25,778 nt of DNA from Chiloscyllium plagiosum (GCF_004010195.1 NC_057728.1:50164892-50190669), one strand, 5' to 3'; numbered from the stretch's first letter, positions 10,502 to 21,328 are shown. The notes: generated from the sequence alone by a model not told the origin. Made by a program: numbers and translations.

Positions 10502-11125
10502 AATGACGATGCTGCTCCTTTAACAAGGTGATGTTGTCCTTGGCATTTTTTTCAGAGAGGCGTAAAAGACACAGACTCCAAAAAGTCTTAAGTTGAAGGG
10601 TTTTAGGGCCAATTTCATTACAGCTAACAAACACTGCCTCAGGAAAATGGCTTTTAAGTTAAAAAACAACACTTGTACAATGAAAGGGGAGTGGTCAGTT
10701 CTTCCAGCTCAGGTTCTCTCTGCTTCGGTTTGGTTTTAGCACAGTAGAGTTGAAACAAGGCTGCTGGACCCAAAGGAGCAGGCCCATCCTCCTCTCTCTA
10801 TGGCTTCTCTCCTGTACGACCCTGGGTTTGATTTTACCTTTTGTGCCAAGGGGTGTTTATGGGAATTGTTGCAAATGTTGGGAACAGCATCATGAAGCCA
10901 GGATAATCTGTTGGATTTTCTAATAGCTTGTTATTTGGTATTTTTTTTGTTTGTGTTTAATCGGTAATCTTGCAAATAAATTCTGTTTTGTTTAAGACTG
11001 AGTGGTTTGACCAGCTGCATCTCACCTGGAATATCCACCTTACACCTGCTTAATACAGCTAGCAAAAGTAGGGTCTGGGTTACTTTCTTGAAATGCTTTG
11101 AGGGGGTCTGGTTTGGTCCACAACA
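10502..11125 (+). repeat. 5' LTR (~624 bp)
   Basis: Direct repeat of 17907-18476 (TGAC.ATGCTGCTCCTTTAACAAG...CA.AACA); AATAAA at 10975-10980; first two bases read AA instead of TG. Confidence 0.92.
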
Positions 11126-11128
11126 GAT

Positions 11129-11147
11129 TGGGGGCTCTTTGCAGGAT
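11129..11147 (+). promoter_or_regulatory. Primer-binding site, tRNA-Pro-like (degenerate)
   Basis: TGGGGGCTCTTTGCAGGAT starts 3 nt after the LTR; compare the canonical tRNA-Pro PBS TGGGGGCTCGTCCGGGAT. Confidence 0.7.
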
Positions 11148-11267
11148 TCGTTCTATAGTTCCAATTTGGGATTAGGGTTGTTGGACTTGAAGGCGGCGAG
11201 TGTAGGTATTAGTTTCTTTTGTTCTGGGTATTGCTTTCAGTCAGTTTAAACAGTGCTTGGGATAGCA

Positions 11268-12000
11268 ATGGCTCTTTCAGTCAGCAAGAGTTTTCTCAGG
11301 GTGGAAGAAGTGACCTTGGGGGGTTTTGCAAAAGCTGATTAAGGTCAAGTTCCCGGAATCTGCAGACAAGCTGAAGTTGGAGTTGCCTCCTTCTGTGAGG
11401 AAAGGAGAGATCATTACAGCAATAGCTCAGCATTTAAATTTGCTGGACCCACCATCAGAATCTTTAGAGATGGCTAAAAGTCAATTGAAAATGAAGCAGC
11501 CTGAGTTAGAGGCAAAAGACAAGGAATTACAATTAAAAGCAGAGGAAAGAAAGAAAGAGAGAGAGAGAGAGAAAGACTGAGAGAAGAGAGAGAAAAGGCG
11601 AGAGAAGAAATGAAGAAAGGGAGAGAGTTTGAACTTTAGAAATTGGCACTTAGACAGGAGTTCAAAATTTCACTTCCTGAAGTACTAGGAACTCGTGTGG
11701 AAGAGCAGAGAGTTAAAACAGCAAGATTAGCAGCTGAAATGGCTGATGGTTATGAGCTGTTCCAGAAATCAAAATTTAGCTTCCAAAATCAATTTCACAC
11801 CCATTAGGGATAGAAATCGGGGTAAAGAGAAATCCTCACATGGAAAGGGAAAGGTAAATCTTGGTGAAGATCATAAGGATAACTTACCACAGGGGAGAAA
11901 AGGACACCTTTTAAGGGGAAAGAGAAGTTAAAAAGCTCCACTGTTTTCACTGCAATAAAGTAGGCTACATGAAATCACAACATTCGTGGGTTAGGAAAAT
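11268..12000 (+). pseudogene. gag: gag remnant (coiled coil, SCAN/capsid-like C-terminal piece, degenerate CCHC knuckle)
   Basis: MALSVSKSFLRVEEVTL start; E/R/K-rich coil; EFKISLPEVLGTRVEEQRVKTARLAAEMADGYEL; CFHCNKVGYMKSQH (11942-11983). Confidence 0.8.
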
Positions 12001-12180
12001 CACTGGGAAGCCAGATGTAAGAAAACAGGATAAGCCAGTGAATTTTGTTGGCGTGGTCACGGAAAGCACAATGGAAGCTAGAAAGCTGCACCAGAATGTA
12101 CACGCTGGTCAGAGGCTGGTTAAGGAGGAAGTAAACCACTGACCTGCAAAAGTAAAGTTTATTCACATAGGCCAGAAGCA

Positions 12181-12489
12181 GCAGGTAAAGAGGTTACAAA
12201 ATTAAGAGATATAGGATCCTCTCAATTTATGATGGTGAAAGATGTGGCGATATGTACTTCTGAAGGATTATTGCCAGAAAAGGTACTAGTAACAGGAATT
12301 CATGGTGAGGCAAGAGGCGCTCAATTATGTAAAGTGAGATTAGAGTGTCTGATGAAGAGTGGAGAAGTCATGGTAGAAATACTGGACAAACTCTCAGCTC
12401 TAGGGATACAATTCGTCCTTGCTAATGATATAGCTGATTCACCGGTAGGAGTGCTGCCTACTGTGGTTGAAAAGCCAGTGGAAACTTAG
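12181..12489 (+). pseudogene. Aspartic protease remnant
   Basis: LRDIGSSQ (catalytic DTG mutated to DIG, D at 12208-12210) and downstream flap/end motif GIQFVLAND. Confidence 0.8.
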
Positions 12490-12799
12490 GCAACTGAACT
12501 ATTGCAGGGCACATATCCTTGGACTTTTCCTGACTGTGTGGTAACAATGTCACAAAATCACCAGTTGCAACAGGAGAGATCAAAGAGTACAGATAAGAAA
12601 ATTAAAATGAAATTAACAGAGACCCTGTTTGATCAGATGGTGGAGATAAGCCAGAAGCAGATTGATGACAAAGCAGACATTTTTAGCTCAGATAAATTAA
12701 CTGAGTTACAGCAGAAAGATTAAAATTTAAAGCATTTGTATCAAAAGGCATACATAAAAAGAACCTGATTGTATCCTTGAATGTTATTATCTTAAAAAA

Positions 12800-13964
12800 T
12801 GACTTATTAATGAGGAAATGGAGACTCTCAGACAGGTGAGAAATGGGCAGAAGTTCATCAAATTGTATTGCCAGTGGGTTATAGGAAGGAGGTGTTGCGA
12901 ATGGAGCATGAGCTACCTCTAGGGGGTTATTTAGCAGTGAGGTAAACTCAAGCTAAAATACAAAAACATTTTTACTGGCCTGGACTGCACAAGAATATAA
13001 ATGAATTCTGCCAGAAATGTCGTACATGTTAGCTAATCAGGAAACCACAGGCAGTAACAAAACCCGTACCTTTAATACCTATTCCTGCATTTGAGGAACC
13101 TTTTACAAGAGTCTTAATTGACTGCATAGAACTCCTACCTAAAACAAAAAGTGGAAATCAGTACTTGTTAACAATATTGGATGTGTTCATTAGATTTCCA
13201 GAGACCATTCCATTACACAATATCACAGCAAAAATTATTGTAGAGGAATTCCTTAAACTTTTCACTAGATACGGACTACCCACAGAGATACAATCAGATC
13301 AAGGGTCAAACTTCACATCAAAATTATTCAAGAAGTTATGGATAGCTTAGAAATAAAACAATTCAAATCTACTGTGTACCATCCAGAATCACAGGGAGCG
13401 CTAGAAAGGTGGCATTTGACATAAAAGACCATGTTGGGGCTTATACTCAAGATTATCCAGATGACTGGGATAAGGGAATTCCATTTGTATTTTTTGTGAT
13501 CAGAGATGCATGAAATGAATGAACCAAATTTAGTCCATTTGAATTAGTTTTTGGGCATGAAGTGAGAGGACCACTAAAATTGATTAAGGAGAAATTGGTA
13601 AGTCAGAATTCAGAGACCACATATTTGGACTATGTGTCAAATTTTAGGGAATGATTAAAGAGCTGGGGAGTGGGTGAGACAGCATTTAAGAGTATCACAG
13701 CACATAATGAAGCAGGAAGCAGACAGGAAATCAAAAACTCGCAATTTTGCTATCAGAGATAAGGTGTTAGTGTTACTTCCAGTGATAGGTAAACCTTTAA
13801 AAGCAAGGTTTGGTGGACCTTATCAAGTTGAAAGGAAATTGAGTGAGGTGAACTATTTGATAAGGATTCCCAACAGAGTGTGTCATGTGATTATGCTCAA
13901 AAGGTATTTTGACAGGGATGGGAAGGAAGAGGAGATTGTGTTATTGGTTACAACACAGAGGTAA
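12800..13964 (+). pseudogene. Integrase remnant located upstream of RT
   Basis: HHCC region HELPLGGYL..FYWPGL..CQKCRTC (~12907-13029), RVLIDC, IQSDQGSNFTS, YHPESQGALERWH, SPFELVFGHEVR, GPY/F-like RFGGPYQV. Confidence 0.92.
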
Positions 13965-13988
13965 GAACCAAGTTCAGAGGATTGTGAA

Positions 13989-14698
13989 TTGGGCATTCCT
14001 CAAATTAAATTGGACAATGAGGAAGTTGTCAAAAATTGGGATAAATTATTGATTTACCTTCCAGAGGAAAATCAAAATGACCTGAAAGAGTTACTACTAT
14101 CACATGGGGAGATATGTGGAAATAAGGTGGGAATTACTAACATAATTATACATGATGTAGATATAGGAGATGCTGTTCCAATTAAGAAACATCCTTACAG
14201 ACATGACCCTTTAAATTTGGCACAGGATCAAAAGGAGATTGAATGCATGCTCCAAAACAATATAATCGAAATGGGTTAGTGACTAGAGCTCATCCATCAT
14301 CATGGTGCCAAAACCAGATGGTACTTAACGGTTATGTGTGGACTACTGCAAAATCAATGCCATTACAAAGATTGATGCATATCCGATTCCATGTTTGGAA
14401 GACTGTGATGAAAAGGTGGGACAAGCAACTTATATTTCTAAGTTGGACTTACTCAGAGGAAAATGGCAGGTACCTTTGTCAGAAAGAGTGAAGACAATTT
14501 TGGCTTTCATAATGCAGAATGGACTGTATCAGTTTAAAGTCATACCATTTGGCATGAAAAATGCGCCAGCTACATTTCAGAGACTAACAAATATGGTCAT
14601 TGCTGGATTACCCAACTGTGTCATATATATAGATGACCTGGTGATTTTTAGTCACACATGGAAGGAACATTTGCAACATTTATCAGACTTGTTCAATC
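13989..14698 (+). pseudogene. Gypsy reverse transcriptase, N-terminal part
   Basis: PIKKHPYR, CVDYCKINAITKIDAYPIP, SKLDLLRGKWQV, PFGMKNAPATFQR, YIDD (14626-14637). Confidence 0.95.
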
Positions 14699-16706
14699 CA
14701 TTTGGTGGTAGGCAAGTTGTTGGAGAGAATCCTGAGGGACAGGATTTAAATGCATTTGGAAAGGCAAGGACTGATTAGGGATAGTCAATATGGCTTTGTG
14801 CGTGGGAAATCATGTCTCACAAACTTGATTGAGTTTTTTGAAGAAGTAACAAAGAGGATTGATGAGGGCAGACCAGTGGGTGTGATCCATATGGACTTCA
14901 GTAAGGCGTTCGACAAGATTCCAGATGGGAGTGTCACATAGCTAGTCCCTTTTTTTCCTAAAAGCTGTTCCTTGGCTCAAGGAGACACTGTCCTTGATTT
15001 TGTTCAGAGGGGCAATAAACCAGGCCAGACTCTGATCAGTCTGGTTTGGTACAGGGATGAAAAGGATTTTGAGAGGCCTTTTGTTTATATGTAAACAGAT
15101 GAGACTTCAGACCAAAGTGGTCATGCTTTAGAAGTGACCTGTATAAAGCAAGGGGAATGGTCAGCTCTTTAGCTCAGCTGAGCAGTTTTAGTTCAGTCTT
15201 GAACTGGTTGGAAGTTCAACACAGAGCTATGTGGAAACTCTTTCTCTTTCTGCCCTTCAATGTCAGCCTGTAAGCATGTAAGCATTTATACTGGTTTTTA
15301 AAGGGAGTTGGCTTATTGGGACTGTTGTGTCTATTTGGAACAGCATAATTAAGTCCAGCTGGATAGGTTGAGTTCTGTAGGGGTTCTTTACTCTGTTCTT
15401 TGTGTTTCATTGTGTATTTTGTGAATACATTTTTTGTCTGTTTTAAAATCTAGTAGTCTTGCTCCGGGTAATTTTCACTGCACACTTACCAAAACAAGTT
15501 GCAATGTTAGATCAAGGGCTGCCTGCCTGCCTTAGATTGCTACGAGTGGTCTGGCCTAGTGCACAACAGCAGACTGGTTAGCAAGGTTAGATCTCACGGA
15601 ATACAGGGAGTACTAGCCATTTGGATACAGAACTGGCTCGAAGGTAGAAGACAGAGGGTGGTGGTGGAGGGTTGTTTTTCAGACTGGGGGCATGTGACCA
15701 GTGGTGTGCCACAAGGATCACTGGGTCCACTACTTTTCATCATTTATATAAATGATTTGGCAGTGAACATAGGAGGTATAGTCAGTAGGTTTTCAGATGA
15801 CTCCAAAATTGGAAGTGTAGTGGACAGCGAAGAAGGTTACATCAGATTACAATGGGATCTTGATCAGCTGGGCCAATGGGCTGAGAAGTGGCAGATGGAG
15901 TTTAATTCAGAGAAATGTGAGGTGCTGCATTTTGGAAAAGCAAAGCTTAGTAGAACTTATACACTTAATGGTAAGGTCCTAGGGAGTGTTGCTGAACAAA
16001 GAGACCTTGGAGTGCAGGTTCATAGCTCCTTGAAAATACAGGCACAGGTAGATAGGATAGTGAAGAAGGCGTTTGGTATGGTTTCCTTTATTGGTCAGAG
16101 TATTGAGTACAGGAGTTGGGAGGTCATGTTGCGGGTGTACAGAACATTGGTTGGGCCACTGGTGGAATATTGCGTGCAATTCTGGTCTCCTTCCTATCAG
16201 AATGATGTTGTGAAACTTGAAAGGCTTCAGAAAAGATTTACAAGGATGTTGCCAGGGATAGAGGATTTGAGCTGTAGGGAGAGGTTGAATAGACTGGGGC
16301 TGTTTTCCCTGGACCGTCGGAGGCTGAAGGGTGACCTGATAGAGGTTTATAAAACCATGAGGGGCATGGATAGGATGAATAGACAAGTAATTTCCCTGGG
16401 TGGGAGAATCCAGAATTAGAGGGCATAAGCTTAGGGTGAGAGGGGAAAGATATAAAAGAGACCTATGGGGCAACTTTTTCACACGAGGGTGATACATTTA
16501 TGGAATGAGCTGCCAGAGGAAGTGGTGGAGGCTGGTACAATTACAACATGTAAAAGGCATCTGGATGGGTATATGAATAGGAAGGGTTTGGAGGGATACG
16601 GGCGAAGTGCTGGCAAGTGGGACTAGATTAGGTTGGGATATCTGGTCAGCATGGGCAAGTTGGACCGAAGGGTCTGTTTCCGTGCTGTATATCTCTATGA
16701 CTCTCT
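14699..16706 (+). mobile_element. CR1 (HER1-like) LINE, 5'-truncated, inserted in the Gypsy RT and split by a solo LTR
   Basis: SQYGFVRGKSCLTNLIEFFE..MDFSKAFDKIP | RLVSKVRSHG..VPQGSLGPLLF..FSDD..; tail CTCTATGACTCTCT. Confidence 0.95.
14932..15568 (+). mobile_element. Solo LTR (~637 bp) related to the host element's LTRs
   Basis: TGT...ACA termini; 4-bp TSD GGAG (14928-14931) / GCAG (15569-15572); 3' end GGTCTGGCCTAGTGCACAACA vs GGTCTGGTTTGGTCCACAACA; the CR1 frame rejoins when it is removed. Confidence 0.88.
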
Positions 16707-17726
16707 GACTTCGGGAGGCAGGCTTGGTGATAAACTTAGCTAAAAGTGAATTTGCCAAAGCCAAAGTCACCTTCCTAGGCTGTTATTGGACATGGACAAA
16801 TAGCCCCATGGGAGCAAAAACAAAGGTAATTGGGGAATTTCCCGTACCATCGACAACAGAGCAATACTATGATTCCCGGGATTGCGTGGATTTTATTGAA
16901 AATTCGTACAAAAGTTTTGCAGTGTGGCTGCTCCACTCACTGAATTGCTAAAGAAAGGCAATAAGTTTCAGTGGACAGCTGACTGTCAGAAGGCATTTAA
17001 TAGCCTGAAAGCTGTGCTAACCACTGTCCTGGTATTACGCAAAGCCATTCAAAGTGGCTATCGATGCGATGTGGGTGTCAGTGCTGTGTTCTTACAGGAA
17101 GACGATGAGAAGATAAAAAGTCCTATCGGAAGTTGAACATTCATCAGTAGAAATATTCAACGGTTCAGAAGGAGACTTTGAGCTAGGTATCGACGTTACA
17201 ACATTTCAATGTCTATGTTATCAATAACGTATCTGAGGCAATCATATGCACTGATCATAACGGGGTGACACGGTGGCTCAATGGTAAGCACTGCTGCCTC
17301 ACAGCGCCAGGGTCTCTGGTTCGATTCCAGCCTCAGATGACTGTCTGTGTGGAGTTTGCACGTTCTCCCTGTGTCTGTGTGGGTTTCCTCCGGGTGCTCT
17401 AGTTTCCTCCCACAGTCCAAAAATGTGCGGTTTAGGTGAATTGGCCATGCTAAATTGCCCATAGTGTTAAGTGCATTAGTCAGAGGGAAATGGGTCTGGG
17501 TGGGTTAATCTTCGGAGGGTTGGTGTGGACTTGTTGGGCCAAAGGGCCTGTTTCCACACTGTAGGGTAATCTAATCATAACCTGTTGATGTTTGTGGAGA
17601 AATTTAAGGACAAAAATGTCCAAACTGTTCAGATGGAGCTTGTTGTTACAGCCATTCAGTTTGAAAATTGTGCATGTGGCAGGACGAGAAAACATGATCG
17701 CCGATGCACTGTTGAGACTCGAATGA
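16707..17726 (+). pseudogene. Gypsy RT C-terminus and RNase H (interrupted by a SINE); pol ends after RNase H
   Basis: RLREAGLVINLAKSEFAKAKVTFLG, AAPLTELLKKG..FQWT, PFKVAIDA, YSTVQKETL, TDHN, LKIVHVAGRENMIADALLRLE-stop (17724-17726). Confidence 0.92.
17262..17573 (+). mobile_element. HE1-like V-SINE with an 8-bp TSD
   Basis: A box TGGCTCAATGG (17274-17284), B box GGTTCGATTCC (17318-17328), V-domain, tail TAATCTAATC; ATCATAAC at 17254-17261 and 17574-17581. Confidence 0.93.
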
Positions 17727-17895
17727 GAAAGGGAGGCGTTGGGTGGCAGGAGTATAACAGACTGAAACAGAATGTAGTTGTGCATGTTTGCACCTTTATA
17801 GTCAATGTAATGTATTTGTGTGTTGTAGAATATTAACAATTTCAGATTAAGGGGTTTTAAAATGAAGCCATCTTTGGATATTAGTGGGGTTTTTT

Positions 17896-17906
17896 AAGGG
17901 GAGATG
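17896..17906 (+). promoter_or_regulatory. Polypurine tract
   Basis: AAGGGGAGATG preceded by a T-run, immediately before the 3' LTR TGTGAC. Confidence 0.75.
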
Positions 17907-18476
17907 TGTGACAATGCTGCTCCTTTAACAAGCTTGTGTTATCCTTGGATTATTTTTCAGAGCGGTTGTAAAAGACATAGACTCCAAAAAGTCTAAGTTG
18001 AAGGGTTTTAGGGCCAATTTGATTATAACGAACAGATACTGCCTCAGGCAAAAGGCTTTTAAGTTAAAAAAAAACACTTGTACAATGTGTTTTAGCACAT
18101 TAGACTTGAAAAACGGCTGCTGGACCCAAGGAAGCAGATCCATTCTCTCTCTCTCTGTGGCTTCTCTCCTGTAAGATCCAGGCTTTGATTTTATTTTTTG
18201 TGCCAAGGGGTGTTTATGGGGATTATAGCAAGTATTGGGAACAGCATCATGAAGTTGGGATAATCTGTTAGGTTTTCAAATAGGTTGTTAATTTTTTTTT
18301 GTCTGTGTTTCATCTGTAATCTTGTAAATAAATTCTGTTTTGTCTAAAACTAAGTGATTTGACCAGCTTCATCATTCCTGGAATATCCACTGTACACCTG
18401 CTTAAAACAACTAGCAAAGTAGGGTCTACGCTATTTTCTTGAAATGTTTTGAAGAGGCCTGGCTTGGTTCATAACA
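17907..18476 (+). repeat. 3' LTR (~570 bp)
   Basis: TGT...ACA termini; colinear with the 5' LTR apart from a ~49-bp gap; AATAAA at 18327-18332. Confidence 0.92.
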
Positions 18477-18720
18477 CTTTTGCTGCTCCTGACATGCCTT
18501 CCTGCACTCTTCATTGAACCAGGGTTGGACTTTAATGGTTAAGTGGAGGGTATGCTAGGCAATGAGGTTACGGATTGTGCTGGAGTACATTTCTGCTGCT
18601 GCTGATGATCCTCAGCACCTCGTGGATATCTTGTCTTGAGTTGCTCGATCTGGGTTCAAAGTCTGTCCTATTTAGCATGTTGATAGAGCCACACAACATG
18701 AGGAAGGATATTATCAATGT
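18477..18720 (-). mobile_element. LINE family B, upstream (right) piece continuing across the LTR element
   Basis: Minus strand HVVWLYQHAK...QPWFNEECRKACQEQQ leads into ..LKMRCQPGETA on the other side of the LTR element. Confidence 0.8.
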
Positions 18721-19092
18721 CATTTCTGTTCCTTTTCTCAGGGGGTGGTAAATGAGATCCAAGTCCATGTGTTTGTTGATCGAGTTCTAGTTGGAATGCC
18801 ATGCTTCTAGGAATTGTCGTGCATGTCTCTGACTGGCTTGTCCTAGGATCGATGTGTTGTCCCAATCGAAATAGTGTCCTTCCTCATCTGTATGTAAGGA
18901 TACTAGTGAGAGAGGGTCATGTCATTTTGTGGCTAGTTAATGTTCATGTATCTTGGTGGCTAGTTTTCTGCCTGTTTGTCTGATGTTATAGTTCTTGCTT
19001 GGTATTTTGTAAATGATATTAGTTTTGCTTGTTGTCTGTATACGGTCTTTCAAGTATATTAGCTACTATTTAGTGTATTGGCAGGTTTGTGG
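18716..19092 (-). pseudogene. Penelope-like element GIY-YIG endonuclease remnant
   Basis: SKTNIIYKIP..NIRQTGRKLATKIHEH..HDPLSLVSLHTDEEGHYFDWDNTSILGQA..RQFLEAWHS..SINKHMDLD. Confidence 0.88.
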
Positions 19093-19095
19093 AAG

Positions 19096-19381
19096 TCTAT
19101 CAACAAACACATTGACTTAGATCCCATTTACCACCCCCTGAGAAAACGTACAGGCAATGACATTACCACAAGAAAATGAAATCACCACAGGAAATGATGT
19201 CACCAACCCAAGGAAACCTAAACATAAATAAAAAGCGGGCCATACCACCAGTGCTTCACCGGAGGCTCACTGATGATGTTACCTAATACCATGACGAAAC
19301 ATCTGAAAACAAACCTCTAGTTCAGCGAGCAAACCTACATCCAGAACCTCAACCTGAGCTACAGATCTTCTCAAAACTTGC
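19096..19381 (+). repeat. Inverted Penelope pseudo-LTR containing a hammerhead-like core
   Basis: 19096-19164 is an inverted copy of 18716-18783; CTGATGA (19270-19276)...GACGAAAC (GAAA at 19296-19299). Confidence 0.75.
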
Positions 19382-20989
19382 CAAACTCAAGACCATTGAA
19401 GCATCAGGTATAGCGTGAATGGTGCAAAACATGCACAAACTAGTGACTCAATTGTAGTCCCTCTTTTCACATTGCTTTCCAATTTTACTGTGAAATAAAC
19501 ATCCAAATTGATACTTCTTAGTTTAGATGCTGTGGGATGAATCTTAAAACCCCCAAAACAGATGGTTTAAAGTTATAATACTAAAAAAAATCTTGTATGA
19601 GTACACTAATGTGGGATGGGAGGTTAATCTGTTTACAGGCAGTCTTTTGCTCATTTAAATACTCTGATGATGCAGCATGCCTTCATTTTGACAGTAATTA
19701 TATTCCCAACTCATTCCCAGGCCCTGGAAATGCTGCCTCCGGATAGAGAATTGGTCACTCCTATATGGAAGGCCCATTACATTGAGTGCCACACAGGCAC
19801 TTGATGGGCCATCAGTAGGCCTTCCCCAGCATCAAGAACACCAGGGGGCAGAAGTGCTTCCCTGTGAGGTACAATACCCACTTGAGGACCTGGGTAATGG
19901 TTGGACCCAAGCCACAGGTGAGTGATGGAGAGAGGAGGGACTTCTGGTTGGCTTGTTGTAGTGATCTAGGTAGGGCAATTGACACCATGAGCAGAGCAGC
20001 TGGTTCTCAGCAGTCCCCCATTTCCTGATGTTGTTAAATCAAGTGTGGAGTGTCTTTAAGTGAGCGACCCCTGTGATCCCCTCAGATGAGCCCAGGTTTG
20101 CTTTCAGTGCTCCCAACATGACAAACACCTACTCCCCCCCACTACCACCACCAGGCCCACTCCCAGATTAAAACCAACGGAAGCAGAGTGAGGCCCTTCA
20201 ACGGGGAAAGATTATCTACTTACAGGCCTCAGAAGGCAGTGGGCAGGAACATAATTCAAGGACCTTCCTCTCACGGATTTATTGGATTGGAAGTAGGAGG
20301 AAAGCAAGATTCCACCTCGCCGCCGCCCCCCCCCCCACCCCCCTCCCCGGTTAAAGGCCCCTACTACCAACATCACCAGAGAGTGCATTAAACTCAGCTT
20401 TATCGTTACTTCATAGATCCTTTGATTTCTTTTGCTCTATTATTTAACAATGTCACTGATTTCTTTGTAGCATTCTCTCTCTCCTTCACAAGTGTTGGCT
20501 CTGCACCAAGCCACTCTTTACTTTCTCCTCCAGTTCCTGCAGATAATCCTATAGTTATGTCAAGGTGTTGATTAATACACATATTCTTCTAGAGCTGAAA
20601 AGCTATTTGAACAATGACTGCTGTGCTACTGTGAATCCATTCAGTTAGTGCCGAAACTTGCAATCTAACTGCCCTAACATCTAATTAAATTCAACGATGG
20701 AACAATCGCTGATCTGGAAATCAAAATAAACATTCAAATATCCTTTAGAAAACAGAAAGAAAACAATTAAAGATTCACAACACAACCACGTAGCAGCTAC
20801 ACAGAATATTTACTTGGCTGTTTTTGAAAATGTTGCATTAAAGATCCTAAAAAGCTGAAAGCTTATGATTTCACTAGGCAATGGGATCAACTCCACAATT
20901 CCCAGCATAACCTGTCATCAGAAAAAATTACTGTTTATCTATCCAATGTTAAAGCCTACAGCAGGCTTCATCCACTGGTAAGTACTCAC

Positions 20990-21095
20990 TGCTAGCACAG
21001 TGGCAACAATGTGTACCATCAACGAACCAAGCTCAATAGCCCTCTTCAAGGGCAAGAACTCCACCACTGAGAAGTACAAGGACAGCAGATTTATG
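20990..21095 (+). mobile_element. Very degenerate 3' fragment of LINE family B
   Basis: GCAACAATGTGTACCATC and CCACTGAGAAGTACAAGGACAGCAGATTTATG resemble the reverse complement of 9180-9300. Confidence 0.4.
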
Positions 21096-21328
21096 TTATG
21101 TTGCCAGCTGATGATACCACTGGCCAAGTCAGATCTGGGATCTGGTCCAATTGGTCATGAGCCATTTTTATTTTAGCTAACACAATGGTCATTTCATGAA
21201 ACATATTTGCATGAGAAATCTCAATTTATTTAATGACAGAATAGAAGTTCATTCCACAAAAGACAAAAACCAACCAACCAAGCTATCAACATATAAAACA
21301 TGGTTTGAAAGATCTTAAAAACATACAG

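Larger units (their letters stand above)
10502..18476 (+). mobile_element. Gmr1-type Ty3/Gypsy LTR retrotransposon, both LTRs retained, decayed
   Basis: Paired LTRs, PBS, PPT, gag-PR-INT-RT-RH order; probable 4-bp TSD CTTC (10498-10501) / CTTT (18477-18480). Confidence 0.93.

Noticed and set aside
17726..17906. Possible env or extra ORF making the element an endogenous retrovirus
   Set aside because: Only ~180 bp lies between the pol stop and the 3' LTR, and the RT motifs are Gypsy-type.
19700..20390. GC-rich patch with a C-run and a poly-proline ORF (20188-20391); similar texture at 20-190
   Set aside because: The poly-Pro comes from a simple C-run. It could be an ancient DNA-transposon relic, but no TIR pair or TSD could be demonstrated.
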